Below are positions 59,713 to 64,000 of a stretch of DNA of 64,000 nt, in pieces. The stretch is from a virus (lineage: Duplodnaviria > Caudoviricetes). The position numbers and the translations under genes were made by a program. Below the pieces are notes generated by a model. The model was not told the DNA's origin, did not search any database, and worked only from the letters and a program-made list of their open reading frames with translations. The first letter of the stretch is position 1. Every line of letters begins with the position of its first letter. Where the stretch lies: IMG/VR virus record IMGVR_UViG_3300014204_000124, positions 1-64,000 of that record. One strand, given 5' to 3'.

Positions 59713-60069
59713 ATGGGAAGATATTTGGAAGCATTGGGGTCTATTGTTATGGCAGAGGATAATCCTTGGCATACCGACACCGGGGAGTTCGGGCTGAACC
59801 CAAAGGGGCCAAGCACCTATTCCCTTTTCTTCAAAAAGAAGGGGGAGCCCAGGTACACTGCGTATCCGTCGAAGTCTGGTGAAAAGTACGCTAAGGCGTC
59901 GAAGATCAAGACGTTATGTGGCCGTTCCGGCCCCGCCCTATGTAAGGGCGGCGGAAAGTTTGCCAAGGCTGGCGAACGAGCTAAAGAAGCTGGAGCCGAG
60001 ACAGATAAGCGCGAGCGCAGAAAAGCCCCTGTGAGTGGGGGAGGTTTCAGAAAGGGTTCTGGTAACTAG
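59713..60069 (+). CDS. Basic protein with NPWHxxxGxF motif, putative head-internal protein
   Basis: MGRYLEALGSIVMAE-DNPWHTDTGEFG; Lys-rich. Confidence 0.55.
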   Translation: MGRYLEALGSIVMAEDNPWHTDTGEFGLNPKGPSTYSLFFKKKGEPRYTAYPSKSGEKYAKASKIKTLCGRSGPALCKGGGKFAKAGERAKEAGAETDKRERRKAPVSGGGFRKGSGN

Positions 60070-60120
60070 AGGCCGCAGTTTTCCTACGGTCTCATTCTAT
60101 AGACAGCGAGGAGGGTTCCC

Positions 60121-61443
60121 ATGAAAGTGACTTTGACTGCGGTAACTGCCTGTGAGTTGCCGAAACCGTTCGGGGGGAAATTAGCCGTTGGTGAGTCCAC
60201 GCCTGCGACAAACATCCGGTTTAAGGATGTATTATCGGATGACTGGTTGGGGATTGTACGTCTTCGACAGCAGGGCATAGTGACGATGACGGTACAGGTT
60301 GATGCAGTCCCTGTATTTGACGACGAGTGGTTCATTGCCGAGATGGGCAAGGTTCGCGATAATGCTGCTGCTCCTGTGACCACTCTGGCTGCTCTGCGGG
60401 CCGTCCCGCAGAGTTTGCGAACGGATCGCCAACTCCGGTTGGTTGAGTCCGAGAACACGCTGTACAGGTTTGACCTGGGCACGCTGGTTGGTGGAGAAGC
60501 ACCGGATGACGAGGTAGATGGCAATTGGTTCAATCTTGGAACTGTGGCTGCTGTTTGGGGCGTTGTTGGTGAGTTGATTGCTATGGGGCCGGATGTTGCC
60601 GCTGGTGCTGGCGTTGTTTCCAAGATGGCTAGAATAGACCATACCCATGCCGTGAACACTGCGTTGGTTGCTGCCATCACCGATGTAGCACCGGATGCTG
60701 TAGCTGCTGCTGGCGTGGCGAACAGTTATGCTCGTGGCGACCACGCCCATGGTATCGCTACGTCGGTCACGGCATCGACGCAGGCTCCTGGCGATGTTGC
60801 TGCTGCTGGTGTTGCTGCGGACGTAAGCCGTGGCGACCATGTTCATGCCATGACTACTGGTCTGGTTGGTGAACTTGCTGCATTAGGGCCGGATGTTGCG
60901 GCTGGTGTGGGTGCTGTAGCCAAGTTTGCTGAGATTGCTCATACGCACGCCGTGAACACCGCTCTTGTCGGCGCTGTGGCGGATGTTGCTGCTGTAGCTG
61001 CTGCTGGCGTGGCGAACAGTTTCGCTCGTGGCGACCACGCCCATGCCATTGGTGCTGGCGTGGTGAAATCGGCGGATCTGGCTGTACAGGCGGCTGTAAC
61101 CGGTGGTATTCCGTTTGTTGTGGTGTTTACGCTTGCTGGTGGTGGTGCTGCCGAGGGTATGTTATGGAACGCCAATTGCCCCATGAAACTCCGTTTCATG
61201 GATGTTGGAATAATGGCAACCGTCGGAAGTGTGGGTGGCACTGTGACGCTGTATGATGACGACCCTTCGGGTGCCGGTGTCCCGCTGACAGATGCCATAG
61301 CCATGGATACTGACAAGGCGGTTACGCGCCTTGGTTCGGTTGAAGGCGACCCCACTGTTCTTGCTGGCGGGTCTCTGTGGTACAAGAAGAACGCTGCTGC
61401 CGATGGTGGCCACGTTACTCTTACGTGTGTTGCTGTGGCATAA
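60121..61443 (+). CDS. Fibre/decoration-like virion protein with HxH repeats
   Basis: Five motifs: RIDHTH, RGDHAH, RGDHVH, EIAHTH, RGDHAH; Ala/Gly/Val-rich internal duplication. Confidence 0.65.
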   Translation: MKVTLTAVTACELPKPFGGKLAVGESTPATNIRFKDVLSDDWLGIVRLRQQGIVTMTVQVDAVPVFDDEWFIAEMGKVRDNAAAPVTTLAALRAVPQSLRTDRQLRLVESENTLYRFDLGTLVGGEAPDDEVDGNWFNLGTVAAVWGVVGELIAMGPDVAAGAGVVSKMARIDHTHAVNTALVAAITDVAPDAVAAAGVANSYARGDHAHGIATSVTASTQAPGDVAAAGVAADVSRGDHVHAMTTGLVGELAALGPDVAAGVGAVAKFAEIAHTHAVNTALVGAVADVAAVAAAGVANSFARGDHAHAIGAGVVKSADLAVQAAVTGGIPFVVVFTLAGGGAAEGMLWNANCPMKLRFMDVGIMATVGSVGGTVTLYDDDPSGAGVPLTDAIAMDTDKAVTRLGSVEGDPTVLAGGSLWYKKNAAADGGHVTLTCVAVA

Positions 61444-61449
61444 TCGGAG

Positions 61450-61773
61450 GTGCCGGTGACCTACCTTAATCTACTGAAGAGGGTAGCGGTGCGGGGGTTG
61501 ATGGAAGGTCGGCTTTCCCCCCGTACCGGTCTCACTGGTAAGAGTCCGGTTTCTGTTTTGCTTTTGCTTACGTCATTAGCATCGGCCCCGGAAGAGTTTA
61601 GTGTTGATGTAGCTGCGAAGGACATTCTTTCGAAGTTTAGAGTCAGCAAGAAGACGCGTGGATTGGTGAACAAGAAAGCCGAGAAAGAACGTGATGTAAC
61701 TGCGGCGTCGAGAATGGCAATGATGGGCGGGGGAATGGGAGGACAATATCCTGAGCCTGAGCCCGAAGAATAG
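61450..61773 (+). CDS. Hypothetical protein
   Basis: SD GGAGG; start GTG 61450 or 61456. Confidence 0.55.
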   Translation: MPVTYLNLLKRVAVRGLMEGRLSPRTGLTGKSPVSVLLLLTSLASAPEEFSVDVAAKDILSKFRVSKKTRGLVNKKAEKERDVTAASRMAMMGGGMGGQYPEPEPEE

Positions 61774-61785
61774 AGGAGGTGACAT

Positions 61786-62193
61786 ATGCGTTGGATAGTT
61801 GTGCTGGTTATTTTGTTGTTTGCGAGTGGGTGCGATTCTGGAGAGGTTTGGGGCACTGTCCTGGAGAATCTTTTACCTATAGTAACGGCGGTGCTTTTGC
61901 CGGTGCTGCTAGTTCTAGTTCGTAAGTTTCTCTTGTGGCTAGAGGTCAAGCTAGATTTCGACATGAACGAGGCTATTGAGCTGAAGATTCTCTCATTGAT
62001 TGAAGAGGGGATTCTTTATGCTGAGGAGCAGGCGTTGAAGGCTTTGAAGGATGGGAAGAAGTTGGGGTCAGACGACAAACTACGTCTAGCTATTGAATAC
62101 GTAGTAGAGCGTTGTAGAGATCTTGGTTTACCAGAGTTGGCAAGGGACAAATTAGTTAAGTTGGTCGAGTCTAAGGTCGGTGTAACCAGATAG
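61786..62193 (+). CDS. Holin-like protein (LL-H-type)
   Basis: N-terminal hydrophobic segments; ILYAEEQ...DKLRLAIEYV...GL...LVESKV pattern. Confidence 0.6.
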   Translation: MRWIVVLVILLFASGCDSGEVWGTVLENLLPIVTAVLLPVLLVLVRKFLLWLEVKLDFDMNEAIELKILSLIEEGILYAEEQALKALKDGKKLGSDDKLRLAIEYVVERCRDLGLPELARDKLVKLVESKVGVTR

Positions 62194-62201
62194 GTGTATC
62201 G

Positions 62202-62492
62202 ATGGCGAGTGTATGGGAATGGCTAAAGAAGTGGGGTTGGGTTGTGATATCACTCGCTGTTGTAGTGATAGGTTTTCTGTTTCTAGGGAGGCGTGTTGGG
62301 GCTCAGTTTTGGGATGGTTTGAGTAATCGTTTGGCGGAGAAGATCCTGGATGCAGATGCTAGATATGTGGAGGCCCGGACGAGGGCCAAGGTTGTTACTG
62401 AAATTGAGCGGGCCAAGATAGAGTCGTTATCGCAGATTCCAGATCCCAGGGAGCGTCGGGACAAGATTGCCGAGATGCTGAAGGATCTGTAG
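62202..62492 (+). CDS. Membrane-anchored coiled-coil protein (possible spanin/lysis accessory)
   Basis: Single N-terminal TM segment followed by charged helix; follows holin-like gene. Confidence 0.45.
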   Translation: MASVWEWLKKWGWVVISLAVVVIGFLFLGRRVGAQFWDGLSNRLAEKILDADARYVEARTRAKVVTEIERAKIESLSQIPDPRERRDKIAEMLKDL

Positions 62493-62522
62493 CCTCATCT
62501 ACCATTGGGTAGAAGGAGATCC

Positions 62523-62550
62523 GCCGTCCCTACGGGGTCGGTGAGTTTTT
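62523..62550 (+). terminator. Probable intrinsic terminator
   Basis: GCCGTCCC-TACG-GGGTCGGT hairpin followed by GAGTTTTT. Confidence 0.55.
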
Positions 62551-62605
62551 GCCTTGAATTCAACGACAGAACGGTATACTATAATCGCAACAATGGAGGT
62601 GTATC

Positions 62606-63204
62606 TTGCGGAAGCGGTTCATGTTTTGCGAGGTGGCTGGCAAGTCAGTTTTGAAGGAAAAGTGCAAGGGGTGTTCGACATTTCCCAAGCTGAGTCCAGA
62701 GTTTGCTGCGTTTCGGGATTCGTGTCCTGTATGGCAGGAGATTTTGAGAGTAGCGAAGGAATCGAAGGCAGAGCGAATGTCAAGGGTTATAGAGAACCCA
62801 TTTACTCTGCCCACAGACGAAGACCCTGGTGTTGCATATTGATATCTTGAATAGGTCTGATGGTTCGGTTAGAGTGTGGCAGTCGGAGGTTTGTCATGGA
62901 AAGTCTGCTGCTGTTTCTGGAGAGTGTATTTGAGGTTGAGGTTCCGGCGGATGTAACGAGTATTGTGTTGGTGCGGAAGACAGGGAAGGCTCGTGGGGTT
63001 GTGAGACGGGGCGGTGACCGTGTTTACGAGGCGAAGGGTGGTGCATTCCAGGCGTTATTGAGGGAGTGTGTGGAGTGGAGCGGGGAGGGGGATGTTCCGG
63101 TTGTCGAGGTTGACGACGGGTTTGTGGAATATGCGTTTGTGTCCGGGGCTTGGCGGAAGGTTGTCGAGTCTGGGACGAGGCGTGTCGTATATGCAGGAGC
63201 GTAA
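62606..63204 (+). other. Hypothetical CDSs 62606-62842 (Cys-rich) and ~62860-63204
   Basis: SD GGAGG; upstream TTGAAT...TATACTATAAT promoter-like sequence at 62554-62585. Confidence 0.5.
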
Positions 63205-63205
63205 C

Positions 63206-63787
63206 ATGGACGTTATCGATAGATTGAAGTCGTTGGTTGAGTCTGCCCAAGTCGATGTACCCGCTGCGCAGGGAAATACGTTTGGGGAGTCTGCTGGATG
63301 CGACGATACGGCGGATGCCATTGGTGGGGCAGAGCACTATCGGGTGACGTGTCCAGTGTGCGGGGGTGTGACGCAGTGCCGGTGCAATTATGCGCAGCAC
63401 GAGGGCGTTGAGGTATTCGAGGCTTCGGTGGTCTGCGAACGATGCAAGGCCAGCGTTGGGGAGTCGGTCGATGGGGCGCAATCGGTTGCAACTGAGATTT
63501 TGCGACAGCTTGGAGGCCAGAAACTCAGGGCAATGCTTGGCATGAAGGGTTATTTGGTGGTGGATGCTTCGGAAGGGTTCAGTGGCGGTGTGGACTTCAA
63601 GTTTCCTAACAAGACCAAGACGGCTCCGAACAGGGTGGAGATTCTGTTGGCAGACGACGACACCTATACGGTGCGGTTCTACCGGGATTCGAGGAAGTTG
63701 AAAGAACACGACGGGATTTACGCAGACGGTCTCATAGATGTATTCGAGTCAGAGACGGGGCTGTATCTGGCGCTTTCGAGGAGGTAA
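63206..63787 (+). CDS. Leader-tagged two-module protein
   Basis: MDVIDRLKSLVES leader; Zn-finger module; C-terminal EILRQLGG...DTY.V.F...FE..TGLYL domain. Confidence 0.7.
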   Translation: MDVIDRLKSLVESAQVDVPAAQGNTFGESAGCDDTADAIGGAEHYRVTCPVCGGVTQCRCNYAQHEGVEVFEASVVCERCKASVGESVDGAQSVATEILRQLGGQKLRAMLGMKGYLVVDASEGFSGGVDFKFPNKTKTAPNRVEILLADDDTYTVRFYRDSRKLKEHDGIYADGLIDVFESETGLYLALSRR

Positions 63788-63788
63788 C

Positions 63789-64000
63789 ATGCGTACATGG
63801 GCACAGGTAGAGCAGGATATTTCAATCGAAGAAGCGAAAGCTCCGAAGCTCACCAATATGGCGACACTTATCACTGCGGGTCTGGACGAACTTATTTCCA
63901 GAGTGATCAATCAGTTGCCAGCGAGAGTGGTTGGTAAGGGCAGAATCCGGGCTTTTGTTGACGACGCGTTGAAGGTAGAAGCGGACGGCGAAGGGACATC
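63789..64000 (+). CDS. Partial CDS running off the window
   Basis: SD GGAGG; MRTWAQVEQDISIEEAKAPK..., open to the end. Confidence 0.6.
   Translation, partial: MRTWAQVEQDISIEEAKAPKLTNMATLITAGLDELISRVINQLPARVVGKGRIRAFVDDALKVEADGEGT

Noticed and set aside
214-63709. Minus-strand ORFs in the track (e.g. 26992-27963, 53470-54465, 47626-48501)
   Set aside because: They are antisense shadows of well-coupled + strand genes, with Pro/Ser/Thr/His-biased composition, no SDs and no motifs.
1-64000. Stop-codon reassignment (alternative genetic code)
   Set aside because: Recognisable genes are full length under code 11, and TAG, TGA and TAA all end genes with tight coupling to the next start.

Overview
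This window is a 64-kb segment of a large, contractile-tailed (myovirus-type) dsDNA phage genome. Essentially all credible genes are on the + strand, and the standard genetic code fits. Layout: (i) 1-11333 is a baseplate/tail module (gp25-like, gp6/baseplate-J-like, P2 gpI-like, CIS-tube-like, fibre-like proteins); (ii) 11337-31086 and 36726-59391 are accessory, probably early, regions with about 100 short ORFs, including candidate counter-defence genes (Tad2/DUF2829, Apyc1-like MBL, DarA_C, MazG-like) and ASCH, KTSC, HNH, HAD and an FGE-domain lipoprotein; (iii) 31083-36718 is a block of probable capsid-internal proteins; (iv) 59713-64000 holds virion and lysis genes. Two patterns stand out. 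First, seven otherwise unrelated proteins share a 12-13 aa N-terminal tag, M-x-x-[LIV]-[DEG]-R-[LF]-x-x-[LVI]-[LV]-E|[SA]. Some of them are multi-module 'polyproteins' with internal hydrophobic-x-E|[SA] linkers, which suggests a capsid-addressing and protease-release cargo system. Second, 12 promoter cassettes share TTGAC-N17-TAT(G/A)CT(GTAA). Seven carry a covarying leader hairpin followed by TGACAGC, and three are near-identical ~100-bp repeats. Also present are a dispersed palindrome GCGCAATCGATT(G/T)CG and an ATAGGT inverted-repeat array in the largest non-coding gap. All family assignments are by motif recognition by eye; no database search was run.
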